64,000 nt of DNA from Squalus acanthias (lineage: Eukaryota), in contig CM059432.1 in assembly GCA_030390025.1 (NCBI GenBank), positions 28,150,001 to 28,214,000 of the forward strand. Reading direction: 5' to 3'. Positions within the stretch are counted from its first letter, which is position 1; each line of letters opens with the position of its first letter. The notes under the pieces are model-generated. The model was not told the DNA's origin. It did not search any database and saw only the letters and a list, made by a program, of their open reading frames with translations. Positions 48,806-61,789 of this stretch are shown piece by piece. The position numbers and the translations under genes were made by a program.

Positions 48806-49469
48806 TTTTGTTTGTTTTAAGTACTGTTGGTAAATGACCAATCATTGTCCCATGCAGTTTTTTGAACAGTGCAGTTTCCAGGGAGAATTTTACTGCATAA
48901 AATTAAATAAATGTAAAGGAGCCTCCAGAACACTCACAAATAATTAAAATCCGGAATTCGGCTGAAGCCCCCCTTGAAAAGTCCCTGATTTACCTTTTTC
49001 ATACCATTTAGAATCTTATACCTCTAAAAGATAATTTCTCATCTTCCTTTCAAGGCTGAAAGGTTCACATTTCTCCAGTTTTACCTCATCGCTCAGACCT
49101 CTAACACTAGAGATCAGCCTTGTGATCCATCTCTGAGCTCCTGGCCAACTGTCTCCTTTGTGTTCTTGGAAACCAAACTGGACACCAAACTACTCAAGAT
49201 GTGGTCTGACCATACAGTTTGATCAAAACTTCCTTTGATATGTATTTTGGTGATATGAGTCAACATTTTATTACCCTTGCATGTCTTTGTGCATTACTCA
49301 AGAGCTACTGTGACATTAATGAGCATTGAGGCCCAGTGGAAAGACACAGCTCTGTGTACACACAATCCCTCACACTGGTGGGTTTCCAATATCAGCTGAG
49401 ATACAGTACATGGAATTCGGGGGAAGGGGAAATGTAAAACAGAAATAAAACATTTTAGAATGAAATTGG

Positions 49470-50752
49470 CCACTGCATCCTGAAAATTTTCAGTTGATCA
49501 GAGAGAGCCAGCATGGATTTGTAAAAGGTAGGTCATGCCTGACGAACTTGTTTGAAATTTTTGAAGAAGTGACTAAAGTAGTGGACAGGGGAATGTCTAT
49601 GGATGTTATTTATATGGACTTCCAGAAGACATTCAATAAAGTCCCTCATAAGAGACTGTTAACTAAAGTTGAAGATCATGGAATTGAGGGAAAATTATTG
49701 ATCTGGTTAGGAAATTGGCTGAGAGGTAGGAGACAGAGAGTCGAGATAATGGGCAAGTACTTTAATTGGCAGGATGCGACTAGTGGCATCCCACAGGGAT
49801 CTGTGTTGGGGCCTCAACTATTCACTGTATTTATTAACGACTTAGATGATGGGATAGAGAGCCACATATCCAAGTTTGCTGATGACACAAAGATAGGCGG
49901 CATTGTAAGCAGTGTAGATGGAAGCGTAAAATTAGAAAGAGATATTAAGAGATAGATTAAGTGAATGAGCAAAACTGTGGCAAATGGATTTCAATATAGG
50001 CAGATGTGAGGTCATCCACTTTTGACCTAAAAAAAATAGACCATAGTGCTTTCTAAATGGTGAAAGGCTAGAAGCAGTGGAAATCCAAAGAGACTTAGTG
50101 GTCCATGTACATAGATCATGGACAGGTAATCAAAAATAATCAAAAAGGCGAATGGAATGCTTGTCTTTATATCTAGAGGACTAGAATACAAGGGGGTAGA
50201 AGTCATGCTACAGCGATACAAAGCCCTGGTTAGACCACACCTGGAGTACTGTGTTCAGTCTGGGCACCACACCTTAGGAATGATATATTGGCCTTGGAGG
50301 GAGTGCAGCATATTTACTAGAATGTTACCTGGATTACAAGGGTTAAATTACGAGTAGAGATTACTCAAACTAGGGTTGTATTCCCTAAAATTTAGAAGGT
50401 TAAGATATTAAGGGGAACTGATAGGGAGAAACTATTTCCGCTGGTTGAGGAGTCTAGAACTTGGGGACAGCCTAAAAATCAGAGCCAGGCTTTCCAAGAG
50501 TGAAGTTAGGAAACACTTCTATACGCAAAGGGTTGAGAAGTTTGGAACTCTCTTCCACAAATGGCAGCTGTTGCTGAGTCAATTATTAATTTTAAATCTG
50601 AGATTGATAGATTTTTGTTAACCAAAGGTATTAAGGGATATGGGCCAAAGGCGGGTATATGGAGTTAGGTCACCAATCATCTAGGATCTCATTGAATGGC
50701 GGAACAGGCTCGAGGGGCTGAATGGCCTACTCCTGTTCCTATGTTCCTATGA
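49470..50752 (+). mobile_element. Decayed CR1 RT and 3' fragment
   Basis: [29 protein letters not shown]; frameshifts; (ttcctatg)n tail. Confidence 0.9.
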
Positions 50753-51524
50753 TTTAATTTGAGTAATTTTTAAATTGCTGTCGGCAAATGTGTTAGGAAC
50801 AAAAAATGGGCTCAAAGCAGAAGTGTCACGATAGCTGGTCGTACAGTGGATTTGCACAAACCCAGACTGATTGAATAAAAGTCTTCCGGGTATCAGAACC
50901 TTATGATTTTTTTATTCGTTTATGAGATCAGGGCGTCGCTGGCAAGGCCAGCATTTATTGCCCATCCCTAATTACCCTTGAGAAGGTGGTGGTGAGCCGC
51001 CTTCTTGAACCGCTGCAGTCCGTGTGGTGAAGGTACTCCCCCAGTGCTGTTAGGGAGGGAGTTCCAGGATTTTGACCCAGCGACGATGAAGGAGCGGCGA
51101 TATACTTCTAAGTCAGGATGGTGCGTGACTTAGAGGGGAACTTGGAGGTGGTGGTGTTCCCATGCGCCTGCTGTCCTTGCCCTTCTAGGTGGAAGAGGTC
51201 GCGGGTTTGGGAGGTGCTACCGAAGAAGCCATGGCAAGTGCATCTTGTAGATGGTACACACTGCAGCCACGGTACGCCAGTGGTGGAGGGAGTGAATGTT
51301 TAAGGTGGTGGATGGGGTGCCAATCAAGCAGGCTGCTTTGTCCTGGATGGTGTCGAGCTTCGTGAGTGAAGTGAGTTTGGCGAGTCTAATTGAACCGCTA
51401 GTCCAGAGGCACTAACAATGGGAATTTCGCCCCCTAAAAGTCTTGCGTATAGGACTTACAGCAAACAGGCCATTCGGCCCAACAGGCCTACGATAGGCTG
51501 GTGTTTATGCTCCACACAAGACTC

Positions 51525-51810
51525 CTCCCACTATATTTACTGGTGCCCCATTTCTCCATTTACTGGTACCCCCAATTCTCCCATTTAATAGTGCCCTCTA
51601 CCAGTGCCTGCACTTACTGGTGCCCTCCCCCAATTCCCCCATTCACTGGTGCCCTCCCCCAATTTCCCCATTCACTGGTGCCCTCCCCCAATTCCCCCAT
51701 TCACTGGTGCCCTCCCCCATCTTTTACCATTTACTGGTGCCCTCTTCCAAATCCCCCCTTTAATAGTGCCCTCTGCCAATGCCCCCATTTACTGGTGCCC
51801 TCTGCCCAAT
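51525..51810. repeat. About 29-bp minisatellite (cccaattcccccattcactggtgccctcc), resuming at 57733-57825
   Basis: About 9-10 imperfect units left of the LINE and about 3 to its right. Confidence 0.9.
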
Positions 51811-51812
51811 GT

Positions 51813-54800
51813 GGGAATGGTAGCATAGTGGTTATGTTACTGGACTAGTACTCCAGAGACCTGGGCTTATAATCCATGAGACGTGAATTCAAATCCCACC
51901 ACAGCAGCTAGGGAATTTAATTTCAGTTAGTTTAATAAATCTGGAATAAAAGAAAAGCTAGTATTAGTGACCATGAAACTGCCAGATTGTCATCTGGTTC
52001 ACTAATGTCTTTTAATGAAGGAAATCTGCTGCCTTTTCCTGGTCTGGCCTGTATGCAACTCCAGACCCACAGCAATGTGGTTGACTCTTAACTGCCCTCT
52101 GAAATGGCAGTATCAAGCCACTCAGTTGTATCAAATCGATACAAAAAACAATAATAACATAATCGGATGGACCACCCATCCGGCATCGACCTCGGCACTG
52201 GCTTCGGACACGACAAAGGCACACCCAGCCCAGCCGGCCCTGCAAAGTCCTCCTCACTAACATCTGGGGACTTGTGCCAAAATTGGGAGAGCTGTCCCAC
52301 AGACTAGTCAAGCAACAGCCTGCTATAGTCATACTCACAGAATCATACCTTTTAGCCAATGTCCCAGACTCTTCCATTACCATCCTTGGGCTTATCCTGT
52401 TCCACCGGCAGGACAGACCCACCAGAGATGGCGGCACAGTGGTGTACAGTTGGGAGGGAGTGGCCCTAGGAGTCCTCAACATTGACTCCGGAACCCATGA
52501 AGTCTCATGGCATCAGGTCAAATATGGACAAGGAAACCTCCTGCTGATTACCACCTACCGCCCTCCCTCAGCTGATGAGTCAGTACTCCTCCATGTTGAA
52601 CACCACTTGGAAGAAGCACTGCGAGTACTCTGGGTGGGGGACTTCAATGTCCATCACCAAGAGTGGCTCGGTAGCACCACTACTGACCGAGCTGGCCGAG
52701 TCCTGAAGGACATAGCTGCCAGTCTGGGCCTGCGACAGCTGGTGAGAGAACCAACACAAGGGAAAAACCTACTGACCTCGTCCTCCCCAATCAATCTGTC
52801 ACAGATGCGTGCTGTGGGCCATCAGCAGCAACAGAATTGTATTCCACCACAATCTGTAACCTCACGGCCTGGCATATCCCTCACTCTACCATTAACATCA
52901 AGCCAGGCGACCAACCCTGGTTCATAGAACATAGAACAGTACAGCACAGTACAGGCCCTTCGGCCCTCGATGTTGTGCCGAGCATTGTCCGAGACCAAGA
53001 TCAAGCTATCACACTCCCTATCACTCTGGTGTGCTCCATGTGCTTATCCAATAACCGCTTGAAAGTTCCTAAAGTGTCCGACTCCACTATCACAGCAGGC
53101 AGTCCATTCCACACCCCAACCACTCTCTGAGTAAAGAATCTACCTCGGACATCCCTTCTATATCTCCCCCCATGCACCTTATAGTTATGCCCCCTTGTAA
53201 CAGCTGCCTCTACCCGAGGAAATAGTCTCTGAACATCCACTCTATCTATCCCCCTCATCATCTTATAAACCTCTATTAAGTCGCCTCTCATCCTCCTCCG
53301 CTCTAAAGAGAAAATCCCCAACTCCCTCAATCTTTCCTCATAAGACCTCCCCCCGAAACCAGGCAGCATCCTGGTAAATCTCCTTTGCACTCTTTCCAAT
53401 GCTTCCACGTCCTTCCTATAGTGAGGTGACCAGAACTGCACACAATATTCCAAATGTGGTCTCACCAAGGTCCTGTACAGTTGCAGCATAACCTCACGGT
53501 TCTTAAACTCAAACCCTCTGTTAATAAACGCCAACACACCATAGGCCTTCTTTACTGCTCTATCCACTTGAGTGGCAACCTTCAGAGATCTGTGGATATG
53601 AACCCCCAGATCCCTCTGCTCCTCCACGTTCCTCAGAACCCTGCCGTTGACCCTGTAATCCTTATTCAAATTTGCCCTACCAAAATGAATCACCTCGCAC
53701 TTATCAGGGTTAAATTCCATCTGCCATTTTTCGGCCCAGCTCTGCATCCTATCAATGTCTCTTTGCAGCCTACAACTGCCCTCCACCTCATCCACTACTC
53801 CACCAATCTTGGTGTCATCAGCAAATTTACTGATCCACCCTTCAGTCCCCTCCTCCAAGTCATTGATAAAAATCACAAACAGCAGAGGACCCAGCACCGA
53901 CCCCTGTGGCACACCGCTGGTAACTGGTCTCCAGTCCGAAAATGTTCCATCCACCACCACCCTCTGCCTTCTATGAGATAGCCAGTTACTTATCCAATCG
54001 GCCAAATTTCCCTCTATCCCACAACTCCTTACTTTCTTCATGAGACGACCATGGGGAACCTTATCAAACGCCTTACTAAAATCCATGTATACGACATCAA
54101 CTGCTCTACCTTCATCTACACACTTAGTTACCTCCTCAAAGAATTCAATCAAATTTGTTAGGCAAGACTTACCCTTCACGAATCCGTGTTGACTATCCCT
54201 GATTAAGTTGCCCCTTTCCAAATGGTCATAAATCCTATCCCTCAGGACCTTTTCCATTATCTTACCAACCACCGAAGTAAGACTAACCGGCCTATAATTA
54301 CCAGGGTCATTCCTATTTCCTTTCTTGAAGAGAGGAACAACATTCGCCACTCTCCAGTCCTCTGGCACCATCCCCGTGGACAGTGAGGACCCAAAGATCA
54401 AAGCCAGAGGCTCTGCAATCTCCTCCCTTGCCTCCCAAAGAATCCTAGGATATATCCCATCTGGCCCAGGGGACTTATCGACCCTCAGGTTCTTCAAAAT
54501 TGCTAAAACATCTTCCCTCAGAACATCTACCACCTCCAGCCTATCCACCTTTATCACACTCTCATCCTCAAGAACATGGCCCCTCTCCTCGGTGAACACT
54601 GACGAAAAGTATTCATTCATCACCTCTCCTATCTCTTCTGACTCCATGCACAAGTTCCCACTACTGTCCTTGACCGGCCCTACCCTCACCCTGGTCATTC
54701 TTTTATTTCTCACATAAGAGTAAAAAGCCTTGGGGTTTTTCTTGATCCGACCCGCCAAGGACTTCTCATGCCCCCTCCTCGCTCTCCTAAGCTCTTTTTT

Positions 54801-57732
54801 TAGCTCATTCCTTGCTACCTTGTACCCCTCAATCGACCCAACTGAACCTTGTTTTCTCATCCTTACATACGCTTCCTTTTTCCTCTTGACTAGACATTCA
54901 ACCTCTTTTGTGAACCATGGTTCTCTCACTCGGCCATTTCCTCCCTGCCTGACAGGGACATACCTATCAAGGACACGCAGTAATTGCTCCATGAAAAAGC
55001 TCCACTTTTCGTTTGTGCCTTTCCCTGATAGTTTCTGTTCCCATCTTATACTCCCTAATTCTTGCCTAATCGCATCATAATTACCCCTCCCCCAATTATA
55101 AACCCTGCCCTGCCGTATGGCCCTATCCCTCTCCATTGCAATAGTGAAAGTTACCGAATTGTGGTCACTATCTCCAAAGTGCTCTCCCACATACAAATCA
55201 AACACTTGGCCCGGTTCATTACCCAGTACCAAATCCAACGTGGCCCCACCTCTTGTCGGCCTATCCACATATTGTGTCAGGAAACCCTCCTGCACACACT
55301 GTGCAAAAACTATCCCATCCGAACTGTTTGACCTATAAAGGTTCCAATCAATATTTGGAAAGTTGAAGTCACCCATGACAACTACTCTGTGACCTCCACA
55401 CCTATTCATAATCTGCTTTGCAATTTCTTCCTCCACATCTTTATTACTATTTGGGGGCCTGTAGAAAACTCCTAACAACGTGACCGCTCCTTTCCTATTT
55501 CTAACTTCAGCCCATATTACCTCAGACGGCAGATCCCCCTCGAACTGCCTTTCTGCCGCTGTTAAACTATCCTTGATTAACAATGCTACTCCTCCACCTT
55601 TCTTACCAACTTCCCTACTCTTACTGAAACATCTATACCCCGGAACTTCCAACAACCATTCCTGTCCCTGTTCTAACCATGTCTCCGTAATGGCCACCAC
55701 ATCGTAGTCCCAAGTACCAATCCACGTTCAATGAGGAGTGTAGAAAAGCATGCCAGGAGCAGCACCAGGCATACCTAAAAATGAGGTGCCAACCTGGGGA
55801 AGCTGCAACACAGGACTACATGCATGTTAAACAACGGAAGCAGCATGCTATAGACCGAGCTAAGCGATCCCACAATCAACGAATCAGATCAAAGCTCTGC
55901 AGTCCTACCACATCCAGTTGTGAATGGTGGTAGATCATTACACAACTGACAGGAGGAGGAGGCTCCATGAACATCCCCATCCTCAATGATGACAGAGCCC
56001 AGCACGCGAGTGCAAAAGACAAGGCTGAAGTGTTTGCAACCATCTTCAGCCAGAAGTGCTGAGTGGATGATCCATCTCGGCCTCCTCCTGAGGTCTCCAC
56101 CATCACAGAAGCCAATCTTCAGCCAATTCGATTCACTCCACGTGATATCAAGAAGCAGCTGAGCGCACTGGATACAGCAAAGCCTATGGGCCCCGGCAAT
56201 ATCCTGGCTGTCATGCTGAAGAGTTGTGCTCCAGAACTAGCCGCGCCTCTAGCCAAGCTGTTCCAGTACAGCTACAACACTGGCATCTACCCGACAATGT
56301 GGAAAACTGCCCAGGTATGTCTGCCCACAAAAAGCAGGACAAATCAACCCAGCCAATTACCGCCCCATCAGTCTACTCTCAATCATCAGCAAAGTGATGG
56401 AAGGTGTCGTCGACAGTGCTATCAAGCGACACTTACTCACCAATAACCTGCTCACTGATGCCCAGTTTGGGTTCCGCCAGGACCCCTCAGCTCCAGACCT
56501 CATTACAGCCTTGGTCCAAACATGGACAAAAGAGCTGAATTCCAGAGGTGAGGTGAGAGTGACTGCCCTTGACATCAAGGCAGCATTTGACCGAGTGTGG
56601 TACCAAGGAACCCATGTAAAATTTAAGTCAATGGGAGTCAGGGGAAAAATACGCCACTGGCTGGAGTCATACCTAGCACAAAGGAAGATGATTGTGGTTG
56701 TTAGAGGTCAATCATCTCAGCCCTAGGACATCACTGCAGGAGTTCCTCAGGGCAGTGTCGTCGGCCCAACCATCTTCAGCTGCTTCATCAATGAACTTCC
56801 CTCCATCATAAGGTCAGAAGTGGGGATGTTTGCTGATGACTGCACAGTGTTCAGTTCCATTCGCAACTCCTCAGACAATGAAGCAGTCAATGCCCGCATG
56901 CAGCAATACTGGATGATATTCAGGCTTGGGCTGATTAGTGGCAAGTAACATTCGTGCCACACAAGTGCCAGGCAGGAACTATATCCAACAAGAGAGCATC
57001 TAACCACCGTCCCTTGACATTCAATGGCATTATCATCGCTGAATTCCCCAACATCAACATCCTGGGGGTCACCATTGACCAGAAACTTAACTGGACCAGC
57101 CACATAAATACTGTGGCTCCAGAGCAAGTCAGAGGCTGTGCATTCTGCGGCGAGTGTCTCACCTCCTGACTCCCCAAAGCCTTTCCACCATCTACAAGGC
57201 ACAAGTCAGGAGTGTAATGGAATACTTTCCACTTGCCTGGATGAGTGCAGCTCCAACAACACTGAAGAAGCTCGACACCAAACAGGAGAAAGCAACCCGC
57301 TTGATTGGCAACCCATCCACCACGTTAAACATTCACTCTTTCCACCACCGGTGCCCCGTGGCTACAGTGCGCACCAACTACAAGATGCACAACAGCAACT
57401 CGCCAAGGCTTCTTCGACAGTACCTCCCTAACCCACGACCTCTACCACCTAGAAGAACAAGGGCAGCAGGCGCATGGGAACAACATCACCTCCAAGGTCC
57501 CCTCCAAGTCAGACACCATCCTGACTTGGAAATATATTGCGGTTCCTTCATAGTCGCTGGGTCAAAATCCTGGAACTCCTTCCCTAACAGCACTATGGGA
57601 GTACCTTCACCACACAGACTACAGCAGTTCAAGAAGACTGCTCACCACCACCTTCTCAAGGGCAATTAGGGATGGGCGATAAATGCTGGCCTTGCCAGTG
57701 ATGCCCACATTCCGTGAATGAATAAAAAAAAA
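51813..57732 (+). mobile_element. Near-full-length decayed single-ORF LINE (CR1 group, Zenon-like) with a tRNA-like 5' head; interrupted by a CR1
   Basis: APE endonuclease (ILTES, YRPP, GDFN) at 52250-52800; RT (QFGFR, LDIKAAFD, GVPQGS, FADD) at 56300-56900; C-terminus to 57669; AATAAA plus poly(A). Confidence 0.88.
52925..55725 (-). mobile_element. Young CR1 LINE with uninterrupted 899-aa ORF2 (EN plus RT), truncated just inside the endonuclease N-terminus
   Basis: ORF 53001-55700 with ITETW, GDFN, SDH, PQGS, FADD; (gttctat)2 tail; GTTCA at 52920-52924 and 55726-55730. Confidence 0.97.
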
Positions 57733-58304
57733 AGTCCCCATTCACTGGTGCCCTCTCCCAATTCTCCCATTCACTGGTGCCCTCACCCAATTCCCCCATT
57801 CACTGGTGCCCTCCCCCAATTCCCCTCTTTATTTATAATCTGAAATACACTGCCTGAAAGGATGGTGGAAGCAGATTCAATAATAACTTTCAAAAGGGAA
57901 TTGGTTATATACTTGAAAAGGAAGATTTTGTAGGACTATGCAGAAAGAGCAGGGGAGTGGGACTAATTGGATAGCTCTTTCAAAGTGCTGGCACAGGCCG
58001 GATGTGCTGTAAGATTCTATGAAGTCCTAAATTCCTGTGGTGTCACACTTACTTCCTGTAACACTTTTCCTGTCACACTGCTGTTCTAAAACAGTGCAAT
58101 TTCTAACCCACCGTAAGCAACGCAGCAAGAGATTTGCGAGCAGAATATTAGAAATTGAGGCACAGACGGAGCCTATTGTTCATTGGAAAAGGATTCAGGA
58201 TAGCTGGTCAACAACTCTTGTCCATGGACTGGGCAAGGGAAGGGAATAATTTTTAAAAAATGAAGCTCTTCTGGTTAGTACTATGCTTATCAAGAAGAAG
58301 CAAC

Positions 58305-58665
58305 TCAGCATCAGCAACAAGCTCTCCCAGGTTAGATATAGCACAACTCGCGGTACAGTAAAGTTCCTTCGGCTCTGCTCTGCTCAAACAATGTGCCACA
58401 GCTCCAACTCAGAAGAGCACCAGGGTGACATTTTTCCATTTTAATTTCCCAGCTATTCCAAGGGCCTTTAGAGTGAGATTACCAATCTGGTACCAAACTG
58501 GGGGCAGTTGCATGCTGTGAGCCATGTCTGCCAAACACTGGATGAAAGCTTCCCAAACTCATTTCATATAGGGATCACACGACCAGTAGAGGATGGAGAC
58601 TTTCATCCAATCAGTTTGAGCTGGATTTATCAATGGTGAAAGGCTGGTAGCTAACACACTATGCT
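58305..58665 (-). mobile_element. LF-SINE-like element
   Basis: Minus strand has, in order, gcctttcacc, aaatccagc, gaaagtc, cctatatgaaatgagtt and ggcacattg, matching my recollection of the LF-SINE consensus. Confidence 0.6.
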
Positions 58666-59029
58666 TTTCATACTAAATCTCTGAATAAGTTCATGTTGGC
58701 ACAAAATGTAATGCCTAGCAGGTGTAGTCTAATTTTTCATGAAGACGTATCTAACTTTGAACCAGGTCGAATAGCTTGTAAACATAATTAAAGCAAGATT
58801 GGCAGCCTGGAGACAAGAAGACCGGTTCAGTGATTCTCGGCACAGTAAAGGTGCAACATCTGGGAGTCTGAAGGAAGTTTTAACTCTACACGAGGGAAGG
58901 CTGTTTGGAAAATATTTTCAGGTTTGGGCTTTGGGCTGCTTGTAAAATTTGGATATTTCTGAAGACAAAGCCAAACACAAATAGGCAAATCTTTTGTGAT
59001 AATTTGAACTGCGCTTTGTCAAACACAGG

Positions 59030-59285
59030 CATGCACATACATACACACATACACATGTACACACGCATACATACATTCACACACACATACATGCACACAC
59101 ACATACATAAACAACAACAACTTGCATTTATATAGCGCCTTTAAAGTAGCAAAACATCCTAAGATGCTTAATAAGGCACCGAGCCACATAAACGCGCGTA
59201 GCGTATACACACATACATACATGCGTACATACACATGTGTACATACATCGACACAAACACACACATGCGTATATACATACACGCA
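59030..59285. repeat. (CA/TA)-rich microsatellite interrupted by an L2/SINE tail at about 59110-59170
   Basis: Directly visible. Confidence 0.8.
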
Positions 59286-59339
59286 CAAAGTTTTTGCAAG
59301 TATATTAAGAGAAAGCTGGTTGCTAACGGTAATGTGGGC

Positions 59340-60232
59340 ACCTTAAAGACAGACAGGTGATATTGCAATTGAAAATAAGGTAATAGCAGACCTGCTAAAC
59401 AATTACTTTGTATCAGTCTTCACAGTAGAGGATGAAGATAAAGTACTAGAGGAAAATTAAAAATAAATCATGGGGAGGGTCTTACTAGTTTAATATAAGT
59501 AAAAAAATGGTAATGGAGAAAATAATGAGACTGAAGATTGACAAATCTCCAGGACCTGATAGGTTCTAGCCCAGGCTATTAAAAAAAGTAGGTGAGGAAA
59601 TTCCAGATGCTTTAGTCATGATCTTCCAAACCTCTCTTGATCTAGGAATTGTCCCCTTGGATTGGGAAATTCTGTGTCACTTCATTATTTAAGAAGGGTG
59701 GGAGAGAGAAAGCAGGAAATTATAGATCTATTAATCTAACATCTGTTGTGGGTAAGTTACTCGAATCTGCTATTGGGGCACAGTGACTTAGACAAATATG
59801 ACTTGATCAGAGCGAGCCAGCATGAATTTGTAAAGAGTAAGTCATGTCTAATTAAACTATTTGAATGTTTTGAGGAGGTTACTATTGCAGTAGATAAAGG
59901 AGCGTCTATGGATGTCACGAACCTCCAGAAGGTGTTTGATAAGAGCCTGGAATTGGAGGTGCTCCCCTTTTATCACTGAAAGCTAGTGGGCAGGTACAAA
60001 AATAATTAAAAAGGCTAATGGAATGTTAGCCTTTATCTCAAGGGGGCTGGAATGCAAAGTTATGCTACTGTTGTATAAAGCTCTGGTTAGACCGCATCTG
60101 GTGTACTGCGTTCAGTTCTGGGCACCGCACCTCAGGAAGGATATATTGGCCTTTTAGGGCGTGCAGCGCAGATTCACCAGAATGATACTGGGGCTAAAAG
60201 TGTTAAATTATGAGGACAGGTTGCATAGACTA
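59340..60232 (+). mobile_element. Heavily decayed CR1 ORF2 fragments
   Basis: DKSPGPD, SQHEFVKSKSCL and LVRPHL remnants. Confidence 0.75.
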
Positions 60233-60792
60233 GAAAGGAGTATTGGGCCATCCAGCTCTCGAATAGGGAGTGGGCAGGAAAGGGTGGAGAGAAACTAGAT
60301 GGAGAGTCCTCAATAGGATGTTCTTCAATGCCTGGTGTCAGCCAGCAGACAAGGAAACTAACCTGAGCCAACTTAACATCCAACCCATCTTTTTAATCCT
60401 TATTTTCTCACCCTCCCACTCCCCTGAAGGTGTTGGCCCTTGCTGAGTTATGGGTTCGCTCAGGTACCTTCCCGAGTGACCATTCTTCATGTGTGCTCCT
60501 TGGCAGTGACTGTCAGCAAGCTGCTTGACTGTGGAGGGCATCACAGTTGAGCCCAGTCTGTCCTTATCTCATATCCATACACACACTGCTGGTTAGTGAT
60601 CAGGAACTCTGACTGGTTTCACCCTCCATAACCTAAGGTCAATGAGGTCAATTGTAGCAGCTCCAGTGTCACCTCGGCTAACTCATCACAGACAAGAAAT
60701 TGATCCAGGGACCTTCACCGACTCAATGGATAAACTCCCTGAATTAGCCCGGGAGCTATATTACTCTAGCTGTAAGAAGTGAGTGACCCGAA

Positions 60793-61789
60793 GGCAGGAA
60801 TTTTGCCGGCGCTCAGAGTGCGGATTTGAAGGCGGGTTAGCTGTCAAAATCACAAAGATTGACAGCGGGTAGGAAACCCACTCATCACTATAGTGGGGGG
60901 GGGGGGGGGGGGGGGGTGGCGGGAAGTTATGTCTCGACATTCACAGGAACTCAGTAAGACACTTCTCAAGGTGCGCACAGATCTGTCCAATAAGGGGCAG
61001 TGTTGAAAATATAGATTTCACTGTATGACAACACATTACCAGAAACTTCACATGGAGATTGGCTAAACCTCTCAAGTGCCTATCTGTGTGTGTTGTTAGT
61101 TGGTTTGCTTGCAGTAGGATGAGGGTGAATGTGAGGGGTGGCTAGTGAGATGGGGAAGTGATAATGTAAATAGAGAGGGTTGGGTGGAGTACAAGGTAAC
61201 TTGGTGTAAGTAAGGATGTGCAGGAGAAGGGTACGGAAGGCAGAGTGATGGGGATGTGTTGAGTGGCACAGCAGGGTGAGCTTTAGTGTGGCTTTGCAGT
61301 AATGTTTTGTGATCCACTGAGATCATTGAAAGTTTGGCGCCACTACAGCCAGGGACCCCTGACGACATCACTGCTTTTGCCCTTCTGTGCAATGTGCAAC
61401 CAGGCTGCGTTGGTGTCCTAGGGAGGTCTCTTCCACCCTTGGAAGGGAAGAGAACCTCCCTGCATGTTGTGACTCACTCCATATGCATATGGAGGGAGTC
61501 ATTGGAGAGACTTGGTGCAAGCGTCCACCTTTGTACAGTGCTTGTCAGTGTTTGCAGCACCTCAATGCTGTCAAACACTGACAGAACAACTGTCAAACTC
61601 AATGTGGCCGTGGTCCCTTTAAGGAAACTGGCTGATGATGTTAATTGGCCGGGAAGCCCGCAGGGTGGGCTTAACAAGGCCAATCAAGGGAAAATCCCTT
61701 TGACAGAGTGGCTGCAGCTGGGATCGGGACTGGAACCCGGAAACCAGCTCTCCCGCCACCATTCCGACGCCGCCGAGAAAATCGCGGCC
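60793..61789 (-). mobile_element. Harbinger-type remnant with decayed Myb/SANT-like ORF at about 61305-61525
   Basis: APSLSNDSL...REVLFPS...AAWLHIA...W..WRQTFNDL with stops and a frameshift; degenerate TIR-like ends. Confidence 0.55.

Noticed and set aside
48990..49290. Possible TG exon 31 ending ...YEK|GT on minus
   Set aside because: The sequence is a decayed CR1 C-terminus (YKILNGMEKV-like) and lacks the TG Cys pattern.
51525..51810. 29-bp repeats resembling a CRISPR array
   Set aside because: Units are head-to-tail with no unique spacers, there are no cas genes, and the context is vertebrate. It is a minisatellite.
51813..51905. Functional tRNA-Thr gene
   Set aside because: Poor acceptor stem, over-long variable region, imperfect B box, and continuity with a retroelement body.
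53454..55707. Multiple plus-strand ORFs
   Set aside because: They are antisense shadows of the CR1 ORF2.
60895..60916. Long poly-G run (also C runs at 2596-2628)
   Set aside because: It could form a G-quadruplex, but it lies within a repeat, homopolymer length is unreliable, and nothing indicates function.
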